A DNA stretch of 54,201 nucleotides from Rhodothermales bacterium. GTDB taxonomy: Bacteria > Bacteroidota > Rhodothermia > Rhodothermales > JAHQVL01. Location: positions 1 through 54,201 of the forward strand of contig JBGSPJ010000401.1 of assembly GCA_041738655.1 (NCBI GenBank), in the 5' to 3' direction. The first letter of the stretch is position 1, and every line of letters begins with the position of its first letter. The notes beneath the pieces are model-generated. The model saw only the letters and a program-made list of their open reading frames with translations, ran no database searches and was not told the origin of the DNA. Positions 43,546 to 54,201 of this stretch are shown here, one piece after another. The position numbers and the translations under genes were made by a program.

Positions 43546-43580
43546 AAGGCCTCCGAATACCCTTCGGAGGCCTTTTCTCA
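43546..43580 (+). terminator. Rho-independent terminator after tRNA-Pro
   Basis: 12-bp stem AAGGCCTCCGAA / TTCGGAGGCCTT with loop TACCC, followed by TTTTCTCATTT. Confidence 0.8.
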
Positions 43581-43702
43581 TTTGGGGCGTTGGTTGATAA
43601 CAAGGGTTCAGATCCGTATCATTCAGGGCGATAAACTCGAACGATATCCGCGCTCCGGTGTCTCGGGCGGCCGGTGTTTCATGATGTAGACACTACCCCA
43701 CC

Positions 43703-46938
<3,236 letters not shown>

Positions 46939-47026
46939 TGCCCTTTCAACCTGTCCGCGTGTGGGTTTTCCCCATCGTCGAACCCCCGGGATGGCCATCC
47001 TGTGTGTTCGCGCCAAACAGCCACCT

Positions 47027-48571
47027 ATGCTGACATCACTGGATTATGCCGTTATTGCAATATACCTTGTAGCCGTCCTGGGTATCGGGGCGTGGATCGG
47101 GGGTAGGCAGACGAGCCGCACCGACTATTTTCTCGGCAGCCGATCTCTGCCCTGGTGGGCGGTGTGTTTCTCGATCGTGGCGACGGAGACAAGCACGCTG
47201 ACGGTGATCGGGGTGCCGGCCGTCGCGTATGCGGGCACGATGACCTTCTTGCAGCTGACGCTGGGCTACCTCATCGGCCGGATCGCGGTGAGCGTGATCA
47301 TGTTGCCCCGGTATGTGAGCGGCGAATTCGTCACGGCTTATGCCTTCCTGGGGGAGCGTTTCGGCCGGCGTACGCAGGCGGTTGCTTCCGTCACCTTCCT
47401 GTGCACGCGTCTGCTGGCGGATGGGGTGCGTCTTTTCGCCACGGCGATTCCGATCAAGCTCATCGCGGATGCCTCGGGGATTGCCCTTTCGTATCTCGAG
47501 ATCACACTCGCGATCGGGTTGTTTACCATTGTATACACAATCATCGGGGGTATCAAGGCCGTGATCTGGATCGATGTGATCCAGATGGGGGTTTACCTGG
47601 GCGGTGCTTTTGTTGCGTTGCTCGTATTGTTGCAGGAGGTGCCGGCGGACTGGTTCGCGCGCGCCATGGAGGCCGGCAAACTGCAGGTCCTCAACCTGGA
47701 GCCGGGCCGGCCTTTCGCCATCTGGGCGACCGAGCCCTATGCGTTTGTGACGGCGGTTGTCGGCGGCGCCATCTTTTCGATGGCCTCGCATGGCAGCGAC
47801 CAGTTGATCGTCCAGCGCTTGCTGGCCTGCCGTTCGCTGGAAGACAGTCGGAAGGCGTTGATCGGCAGTGGTCTGGTGGTGATGGTGCAGTTCACCCTTT
47901 TCCTGCTGGTCGGGGTATTGCTCTGGGTGTATTACGGCGGCGCCACGACCGCCGAGCTGGGGCTGGCCCGCGCCGATGAGATCTTTCCCCGATTCATCAT
48001 CGAAGGGCTGCCGCCGGGCGTGTCCGGGCTCATCCTCGCCGGCATTGTGGCGGCCGCCATGAGCACTCTGTCTTCGTCTCTCAACGCGCTGGCATCCTCG
48101 TCCATGATGGATTTGTACGAGCGTTTTTCGGGCCAGCGTCTCGATAATGTCCAGGCCCTACGCATGGCGCGGTTCTTTACCCTGCTTTGGGGTATTATCT
48201 TCGTGGGGTTCGCCGGCCTGTTCGAGGATCGCACCGATCCGGTGGTCGAACTCGGTCTGGCCGTCGCCTCATTCACGTACGGTGGTATGCTCGGGTTGTT
48301 CGCACTGGGGCTGTTGCAGCGGAAGGCGGTTCAGGCGGATGCCATCGTTGCGTTTGTGCTTACGGTGGGGCTCATGGTCGCCATCGTCGGTGGGGTGCGG
48401 TACGACCCGGCCGGCGGATGGGTTGTGCTCTGGTTTGCGGATGCACCGGCAGCCGGCTTGAGAGAGATCGCCTGGCCGTGGTATACAACGATTGGCGTGG
48501 TGTTTATGCTGTTTTTTGGATCATTGCGCGCCGTATGGCATACGGTACAGTCTACTCTAAGACGCGCCTGA
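47027..48571 (+). CDS. Sodium:solute symporter family transporter
   Basis: Start set at the ATG at 47027 (MLTSLDYAVIAIYLVAVLGIGAWIGGRQ). About 13 TM helices. SSF-typical segments (GGIKAVIWIDVIQ). Confidence 0.85.
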   Translation: MLTSLDYAVIAIYLVAVLGIGAWIGGRQTSRTDYFLGSRSLPWWAVCFSIVATETSTLTVIGVPAVAYAGTMTFLQLTLGYLIGRIAVSVIMLPRYVSGEFVTAYAFLGERFGRRTQAVASVTFLCTRLLADGVRLFATAIPIKLIADASGIALSYLEITLAIGLFTIVYTIIGGIKAVIWIDVIQMGVYLGGAFVALLVLLQEVPADWFARAMEAGKLQVLNLEPGRPFAIWATEPYAFVTAVVGGAIFSMASHGSDQLIVQRLLACRSLEDSRKALIGSGLVVMVQFTLFLLVGVLLWVYYGGATTAELGLARADEIFPRFIIEGLPPGVSGLILAGIVAAAMSTLSSSLNALASSSMMDLYERFSGQRLDNVQALRMARFFTLLWGIIFVGFAGLFEDRTDPVVELGLAVASFTYGGMLGLFALGLLQRKAVQADAIVAFVLTVGLMVAIVGGVRYDPAGGWVVLWFADAPAAGLREIAWPWYTTIGVVFMLFFGSLRAVWHTVQSTLRRA

Positions 48572-48614
48572 CCTGAGCGTAACCTGGTGCGCCGAACCCT
48601 AACCACAACCAGCC

Positions 48615-50993
48615 GTGATGGGGTGGATCAAAAACGTCTTCAGAAGCCGACCCCGTATTCGCCCCGTCGGCGAGCGGCTCGAACGTGGGCGTACCACCGA
48701 TCCACGGTTGCAACAACGCAACAACATCGTCAAGGGCAGCATCTTCATCGGGCTTGTGGTCCTGACCTACCTCGCTTTCCCCAGGGGCGACTTCTACCAT
48801 TATACCCTTGCCGAGGGGGACTTCTGGCGCCAGGAAACGCTGATCGCGCCGTTCGACTTTGCCATTGCGAAGGATCCGGAAGTGATCGAGAGCGAACGCC
48901 GAAATGTGCGATTCACCACCCCTCCCTATTTTGAGGAAGTCCTCGACGCCTCTGCCCGGATGGCGGTCAAGCGCGACTCGGTCGTGCGTCAGCTGGACCG
49001 GGTGTTTGCGGCCTATGCACGGTTTAAGTTGAGCGAACGCGCCGGCCCGGCAGAGACCACCCTGCACGACTCGCTGGCATACATGGAGTTGCGCCGGAAT
49101 GCCCGCGTCAAGCTCACCCCGCAGCAGTGGCAGTTGTTGCTGCGTTCTTTCGCCGATCGGCATCCGGAGCTTGCGGCCACGCGCGCTCGCGGAAGCCGGC
49201 TGGATGAGCTTCTGGTGCGCAAGGCCTGGAGCGTAGGAGCGCAGATGCTGTCGATCGGTATCCTTGATATGCCCATCGACAGCCTGTACACGGACGAGAT
49301 CTACATTCGCGACGAAGCGGAATCGGTCGTCCGCACCAAACGCAAGGAAAGCCTTTTTGGCCTGAACGAGGCGTTTTTGCTGGCGCGGGATGAGTTCGCG
49401 AAGCAATATCCAGACAACCCCGACTATGTGGGCGTCGGTGAGGCGTTCTTCATCGCCATGTTCCAGCACTCGCTCACCTACCTTCGCGCCGAGACGCTGC
49501 GGGAGTGGCAGCGTAAGGAGCAGCGGATCACGCCGACCCGCGGCATGGTGCAGGCCGGCAGCATCATCGTGGAAAATGGAGAAAAGGTGACCCGCGAGAT
49601 CAAACGTCGGCTCACCTCGCTCGAGCGCGCCCAGCAGGAACGCATGGGCCGCAAGCTACCATGGAAGCTTGCGCTTGGGCAATCGTTTCTCGCGCTGGCG
49701 ACCCACCTCATCTTCTTCCTTTACCTGTATTTTCTACGCCGTCAAATCTACGACGACAACCGGAAGGTTTTGCTAATTGCACTCCTCTTCGCCGGTATCA
49801 TCGGCTCCTACGCGCTGGCGATCCGGTACCCGCTCTTCGGGATGTACGCTGTCCCTGTCGCCGTTGCGCCGGTTATGCTCACGGTAATGTTCGACTCCCG
49901 TGTGGCGCTGTTCGGGCTCTTGACCCTCGCGCTCGTAGGAGGCCACCTGCTGGGGTATGACTTTGAGTTTACATTCGCCACCATCTTTGCCTGTAACCTG
50001 GGCGTTTTTAGCGTTCGGGACATCAAAAACCGAGGCCAGATCTTCCTTAGCGCCGGCATGGTTTTCCTCGGGTATGGCCTGGTGCTCGGAGCCACCTGGC
50101 TCATGTACGATACGCCGCCCGGATTATTCGGTGAGGAGATGATCCGGGTGGGCATCAACTCGCTCATGCTGATCGTGTCGCTCCCGCTCCTCTGGATTTT
50201 CGAGCGTGCGTTCGACATCACAACGGATCTGACGCTCCTCGAACTTTCGGATACGAACCGGCCGCTGCTAAAGGAGCTGAGCATGCGCGCCCCGGGTACG
50301 TTTAACCATAGCCTACAGGTGGCCAATCTCGCCGAGACGGCCGCCGACGCCATCGGAGCCCACGCGCTTTTGGCGCGCGTGGGTGCGTTGTACCACGACA
50401 TCGGGAAAATGCCGAAGGCCGAGTATTTCGTGGAGAACCAGCGCAAAAACGAAAATCCGCACGACCAGCTCAAGCCGCGCATGAGCGCGTTGATCATCGC
50501 CAGCCACGTCAAGGAAGGCCTCGAGATCGGCCGGCAGCACAACCTGCCCGTCCGTGTGTTGGATTTTATTCCGATGCATCACGGCACCACGCTGATTGAA
50601 TATTTCTACCGAAAAGCAGAAGAGCACAGCTTGCTTGAGGCGGTCCAGGAAGGGGAGTTTCGTTACCCCGGGCCAAAGCCTCAGTCGCGCGAAACGGGCA
50701 TCCTCATGCTGGCCGATTCCGTGGAGGCCGCCAGCCGCAGTCTGTCCGAGCCTACCCACAAGCGCCTTGAATCGCTGATCGACACTATTTTTCGCGCCCG
50801 GATGACCGATGGGCAGTTGGATGAAACCGACCTGACGTTCAGCGATCTGACGATCATCAAAGAAACCTTCCTGGCTCTACTGGTCGGGATGCATCATGGC
50901 CGTGTCAAGTACCCGGATCAGATCGAGGCTGAAGAGCGAGAGCGCATCGCCGCCGCAATCGAAGAACATATTTCCGGAAAGCCGATCGAATGA
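48615..50993 (+). CDS. pgpH: 7TM-HD membrane phosphohydrolase (HDIG domain, PgpH-like)
   Basis: 792 aa. Extracellular N-domain, seven TM helices, and a C-terminal HD domain (FNHSLQVANLA ... ALYHDIGK ... MHHG). Confidence 0.85.
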   Translation: MMGWIKNVFRSRPRIRPVGERLERGRTTDPRLQQRNNIVKGSIFIGLVVLTYLAFPRGDFYHYTLAEGDFWRQETLIAPFDFAIAKDPEVIESERRNVRFTTPPYFEEVLDASARMAVKRDSVVRQLDRVFAAYARFKLSERAGPAETTLHDSLAYMELRRNARVKLTPQQWQLLLRSFADRHPELAATRARGSRLDELLVRKAWSVGAQMLSIGILDMPIDSLYTDEIYIRDEAESVVRTKRKESLFGLNEAFLLARDEFAKQYPDNPDYVGVGEAFFIAMFQHSLTYLRAETLREWQRKEQRITPTRGMVQAGSIIVENGEKVTREIKRRLTSLERAQQERMGRKLPWKLALGQSFLALATHLIFFLYLYFLRRQIYDDNRKVLLIALLFAGIIGSYALAIRYPLFGMYAVPVAVAPVMLTVMFDSRVALFGLLTLALVGGHLLGYDFEFTFATIFACNLGVFSVRDIKNRGQIFLSAGMVFLGYGLVLGATWLMYDTPPGLFGEEMIRVGINSLMLIVSLPLLWIFERAFDITTDLTLLELSDTNRPLLKELSMRAPGTFNHSLQVANLAETAADAIGAHALLARVGALYHDIGKMPKAEYFVENQRKNENPHDQLKPRMSALIIASHVKEGLEIGRQHNLPVRVLDFIPMHHGTTLIEYFYRKAEEHSLLEAVQEGEFRYPGPKPQSRETGILMLADSVEAASRSLSEPTHKRLESLIDTIFRARMTDGQLDETDLTFSDLTIIKETFLALLVGMHHGRVKYPDQIEAEERERIAAAIEEHISGKPIE

Positions 50994-51005
50994 CAGGACC
51001 TTTCA

Positions 51006-51932
51006 TCAGGCCGGCAGCATCTGCTTGATGGCGTCGATGGAGTCACGCGCGATATACCAGCCAATTGGTGCAAGCAGGTGTTGAATGTCCTGGCGAACCT
51101 GCAGGAGCCGTCGCCGGCTTTTGGGTGTGTATACCAGTACGTCGAACTGGCCGGTGAGCTGCGAAATATGACGCGCTCCCTGCTCGATCGACGCGCCGAG
51201 TATCTGCCCCTCGAAGCCGGTCTGGTGTTGAATCTCTTTCATGAGATGCGGAAGCGATTCAGCGTAATAACTGACGACGCCGAGCGTCTCGTGTGCGCGT
51301 AAGCGCGCGACACGGTCCAGCGTTTCGGGGGTGAGGTAGATCGTGGCTCCCAGAACATCGCTTTTGGGAAGCCGGTCCATCGCTTCACGCAGCAGCGTGT
51401 GCGTGGTGATCGCGTACTCTGTGTCCTGTTCACGGCTCAACCCATGTAGGGATACAGCTTCGATGGGCATCTGGAGGGTATGTGAAACGACCTCCGCACA
51501 GGCTTCGGCCATCTCCGGATAGGGCGCTACAAACACCACGCGCGGCCGCTCGCTCGCCTTTTCGAGGACGGAAAACTGCTCAGCCAACAGGTACTCGACA
51601 TCCGCTTCGTCGAGCCCCAGTCCCAACAACTGCTGCAGGGCTTCGTGGACGATGGAAGCCCCCTTTTCCATCCGCTCCTCGGTGTTGGGTGCTACGCGCT
51701 CCAGCACCCGAAAGCCGCTTCCCTGGACGGCTTCAAGGAGTCCCTCCTCAACCAGGCCCTGATAGGCACTGCGGACGGTATGAAACGAGATCTTGAGCTG
51801 GTCCGCCAGTACACGGGTCGGCGGCATACGCGAATCGATCGGGAAGGCACCGGTGGCGAGTCCGTAGCGTAACTGCTCCTTCAGCTGCTCTAGAACCTGC
51901 TTTTTTGACGATCTATCGATCGAAATCATCAT
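51006..51932 (-). CDS. GntR-family transcriptional regulator
   Basis: 308 aa. N-terminal winged HTH (MPPTRVLADQLKISFHTVRSAYQGLVEEGLLEAVQGSGFRV). The C-terminal ~220-aa effector domain is of unclear subfamily. Confidence 0.8.
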   Translation of the reverse strand: MMISIDRSSKKQVLEQLKEQLRYGLATGAFPIDSRMPPTRVLADQLKISFHTVRSAYQGLVEEGLLEAVQGSGFRVLERVAPNTEERMEKGASIVHEALQQLLGLGLDEADVEYLLAEQFSVLEKASERPRVVFVAPYPEMAEACAEVVSHTLQMPIEAVSLHGLSREQDTEYAITTHTLLREAMDRLPKSDVLGATIYLTPETLDRVARLRAHETLGVVSYYAESLPHLMKEIQHQTGFEGQILGASIEQGARHISQLTGQFDVLVYTPKSRRRLLQVRQDIQHLLAPIGWYIARDSIDAIKQMLPA

Positions 51933-52040
51933 CGTTGATCCGCTGCCGATACGATTAATGTGTATGGATGTCTGATACCCTAGGATGTAACGGCCGATAG
52001 TGAGCTAACGGGACTACCCCTGAGTGACTGTAAAAATCGA

Positions 52041-53759
52041 ATGATGAACGCAAGATACACGCTTCTGGTGGGATTGTGCCTGGGGATCCTGTGTTCGGGC
52101 TGTCGGGCGCAGATGGCCCCGCCGGCGCAGCTTGATCTGGCGCCAGAGGCCGCCGGCCCTCTCGTCCAGCGTTTCGTTGCGACGGTCCCGTGGCACAGAG
52201 CCCCGATCACGGAAGTCGATAGCCTGCAAAAAGTCCTGAGCCCGAACGGCCGGCTCATCTGGGTAGACCAGCGGGCGACGACGGACACGGGCCTCTGCAC
52301 GGATCAGAAACCCTGCAAGTCCATCGCGTCCGCCCTCCGACAGGCGAAAGCCGGCGACGGGGTGATCGTCCGCGCCGGGGTGTACCGCGAGTCGGTTCTA
52401 TTCGAGCGGGGTGGGGCGCCGGATCGGCCGCTGACCCTGGCGGCATACCCGGGAGACGTGGTCATCGTGAGTGGCGCCGATCCGGCCAATGAGGGTTGGA
52501 CGGCGTCGGCGTCCTTATGGGAGCGCGCCTGGACGGCCTCGTTGCCCATGCACCGTTCGAAGAATCGACCCCAGGACGCGTTTCGGCCGGAACTGATCGT
52601 CGCGGATGGCCTGCCGCTACGCGCGGTCTATACGCCGGAAAATCTGAGGCCGGGCGCCTTCTGGGTCGATGGCGAGCCCGAGGCGCCGCGCCGGATCCTG
52701 GCGCGCTTCAGGGAATCCCGTTCCCCCGACAGCCTGTCGATCGAAACGGGGATGCGCCCGATGTTGCTCGCGGGGACGGACTCGACCGTTAGTCACATCC
52801 GGGTTGTCGGCCTCGCGTTTCTCCACGCACCCAACTCGGGTAAAAACGGATGTGTACAGTCGGCCGGCAGTAACTGGCTGGTCGAGCAGAACCTCGTGGC
52901 GTGGTGCAACGGGCTCGGGATCATGGTGGCCGGCCTAGAGCAGACTTTCCGAGGCAACTGGTCCATGTACAACGGCCAGATGGGCTGGGGCAGTCGCACG
53001 AGCCACTCGCTGCTGGAGGACAATCTGAGCGTGGGCAACAACTGGAAAGGGTACGACGCGCGGTGGGAAGCCGGCGGCGGCAAGTTTGTGGAAACCACCT
53101 ATACGACGATCCGGCGTCACTACGCCGCGTACAATCTGGGCCCCGGGATCTGGCTCGACATCAACAACACCCACAATCTGGTGGAAGAGTCGCTGGTGGT
53201 GGGCAACATGAAGGCCGGCATCATGGTAGAGTACCAGTCGACCGACAATGTGGTGCGAAATAACGTCGTCTACGGCACCCGCCTGCTCGATGGCACTGGT
53301 AGCGGCATCCAGATCCAGGCGGCGAGCAACAACCGCATCGAGTACAATACCGTGTATTCCAACGAAGGAGACGGAATCCGGTACAAACACGGGGACGGAC
53401 GGGCGGCTTCCGGCGGAACAGTGTTCTATCGCAACCTGCTCATCAACAATGGGATCGGGCCGACTCGCGCGCAGGAGATCCGCGTTGAAGGTACTCCTCC
53501 GCTCGATAACCCGGACACGTTTGCGGAAAACGTCTACGGCCGGCGGGGCAATGAGGATGCTATCTTCTTCGTGGCCGAGATGCCAAGCAACGACCTGGAT
53601 ACCTGGCAACGCTTTTCTCAGGCGACTGACGACCGGATCCAGCCCCATCCCCGACGCGTCCTGACCGATGTACAGAACCAAGAAGGATGGCGCGTGACGG
53701 CGGAGTTCGACCTGGCCGCGTTCGGGGTTCAGGCAGCCGAAGTCGGGCCGGCGCAGTGA
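52041..53759 (+). CDS. Secreted right-handed parallel beta-helix protein, full-length paralog of 17131-19248 but lacking the dockerin
   Basis: Signal peptide MMNARYTLLVGLCLGILCSGC, possibly a lipoprotein. Blocks shared with the in-cluster protein: IWVDQ/HWVDA, AYPGDVVIVSGA/GYPGERVAISGA, GNNWKGYDARWEAGGGKF/YNNWKGYKPFWESGGGKW, YNLGPGIWLD/DNEGPGLWLD. Confidence 0.75.
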   Translation: MMNARYTLLVGLCLGILCSGCRAQMAPPAQLDLAPEAAGPLVQRFVATVPWHRAPITEVDSLQKVLSPNGRLIWVDQRATTDTGLCTDQKPCKSIASALRQAKAGDGVIVRAGVYRESVLFERGGAPDRPLTLAAYPGDVVIVSGADPANEGWTASASLWERAWTASLPMHRSKNRPQDAFRPELIVADGLPLRAVYTPENLRPGAFWVDGEPEAPRRILARFRESRSPDSLSIETGMRPMLLAGTDSTVSHIRVVGLAFLHAPNSGKNGCVQSAGSNWLVEQNLVAWCNGLGIMVAGLEQTFRGNWSMYNGQMGWGSRTSHSLLEDNLSVGNNWKGYDARWEAGGGKFVETTYTTIRRHYAAYNLGPGIWLDINNTHNLVEESLVVGNMKAGIMVEYQSTDNVVRNNVVYGTRLLDGTGSGIQIQAASNNRIEYNTVYSNEGDGIRYKHGDGRAASGGTVFYRNLLINNGIGPTRAQEIRVEGTPPLDNPDTFAENVYGRRGNEDAIFFVAEMPSNDLDTWQRFSQATDDRIQPHPRRVLTDVQNQEGWRVTAEFDLAAFGVQAAEVGPAQ

Positions 53760-53815
53760 GGTGAGCCGTGTGTGGCCGGCGACCTACGTGCATCAACATG
53801 GGGTTGTCACCAATC

Positions 53816-53853
53816 AAAAACAGCCGGACCGAAGAACTCGGTACGGCTGTTTT
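53816..53853. terminator. Bidirectional intrinsic terminator between convergent genes
   Basis: Hairpin CAGCCG-G-ACCGA...TCGGT-A-CGGCTG (53821-53849), flanked by AAAAA on the left and TTTT on the right. It can therefore terminate both the beta-helix gene (+) and the Pro-rich ORF (-). Confidence 0.7.
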
Positions 53854-53883
53854 AAGTGACATTTGATTCGACGAGGGCAACGA

Positions 53884-54201
53884 TCAGCCGTGATCTTCCT
53901 CGGACCGTTTCGTCTTGTCGATCAGTTCGCGGAGCGTTTTGAGGTCGTCTTCCAGAATCCCATCCCAGGTCAGGTCAGCTTCAGGATCCATCAGCGGAGC
54001 GGGCGGCTGTACGCCAGGCGGCGCGTATTCTGCGTGGACCCTTTCCTGCATTCTTTCTTGAACCCGTTCCTGCACACGTTCATGAATGGGTTCCGGGACA
54101 GGCTGAGGACGTGGCGGCGGCGTATGGGTCCGGCCAGGTTCCATACCGATGGCCGGCGCAGGTGCATAGGCCGGCGGATAGGCCGGTTCGGGCGCGGGTG
54201 C
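53884..54201 (-). CDS. Pro/Ala-rich hypothetical protein, 5'-truncated by the window edge
   Basis: The reading frame is open from the window edge (APAPEPAYPPAYAPAPAIGMEPGRTHTPPPRP...) to the stop at 53884. It contains ERVQERVQERMQERV. The acidic C-terminus is DLKTLRELIDKTKRSEEDHG. Confidence 0.45.
   Translation of the reverse strand, partial: APAPEPAYPPAYAPAPAIGMEPGRTHTPPPRPQPVPEPIHERVQERVQERMQERVHAEYAPPGVQPPAPLMDPEADLTWDGILEDDLKTLRELIDKTKRSEEDHG

Overview
High-GC bacterial chromosomal window. Gene content (Omp85/PD40 fusion, PEGA protein, Wza/Wzc cluster) suggests a Bacteroidota/Rhodothermota-like organism, but that is inference only. I found no rRNA, CRISPR array, transposase or integrase. 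The left arm (1-8.7 kb, + strand) holds the tail of a polyprenyl synthase gene. It also holds a stand-alone HPr/Enzyme I pair with no Enzyme II, a PGI/PMI isomerase, and a tightly packed three-gene envelope module. That module is an HExxH protease-PD40 propeller-Omp85 barrel fusion, a BamB-like lipoprotein and a PEGA protein. The centre (8.7-36.3 kb) lies entirely on the minus strand. It is a ~27.6 kb Wzx/Wzy-dependent polysaccharide locus: wzc, wza, fcl, gmd, wzy, wzx, five glycosyltransferases, ugd, a UDP-xylose synthase and a WbaP-type priming transferase. The same locus carries its own ATP-sulfurylase/APS-kinase fusion and two sulfotransferases, so it most likely makes a sulfated fucose/xylose/glucuronate heteropolysaccharide. 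Three uncharacterised proteins are embedded in the locus: a Tat-signal PhoD-like lipoprotein, a dockerin-tagged beta-helix protein and a 329-aa orphan. The right arm (36.3-54.2 kb) is mostly housekeeping: cvpA, an sbcC without sbcD, an OM barrel, an EamA transporter, MerR plus tRNA-Pro(GGG), a RodZ-like protein, ligA, an SSF symporter and PgpH. It also has a GntR regulator divergent from a second beta-helix paralog. The best candidates for undescribed biology are the self-sufficient sulfated-polysaccharide locus with its three unexplained accessory proteins, and the protease-propeller-barrel envelope module. All calls rest on motif reading of the supplied translations. No database search was run.
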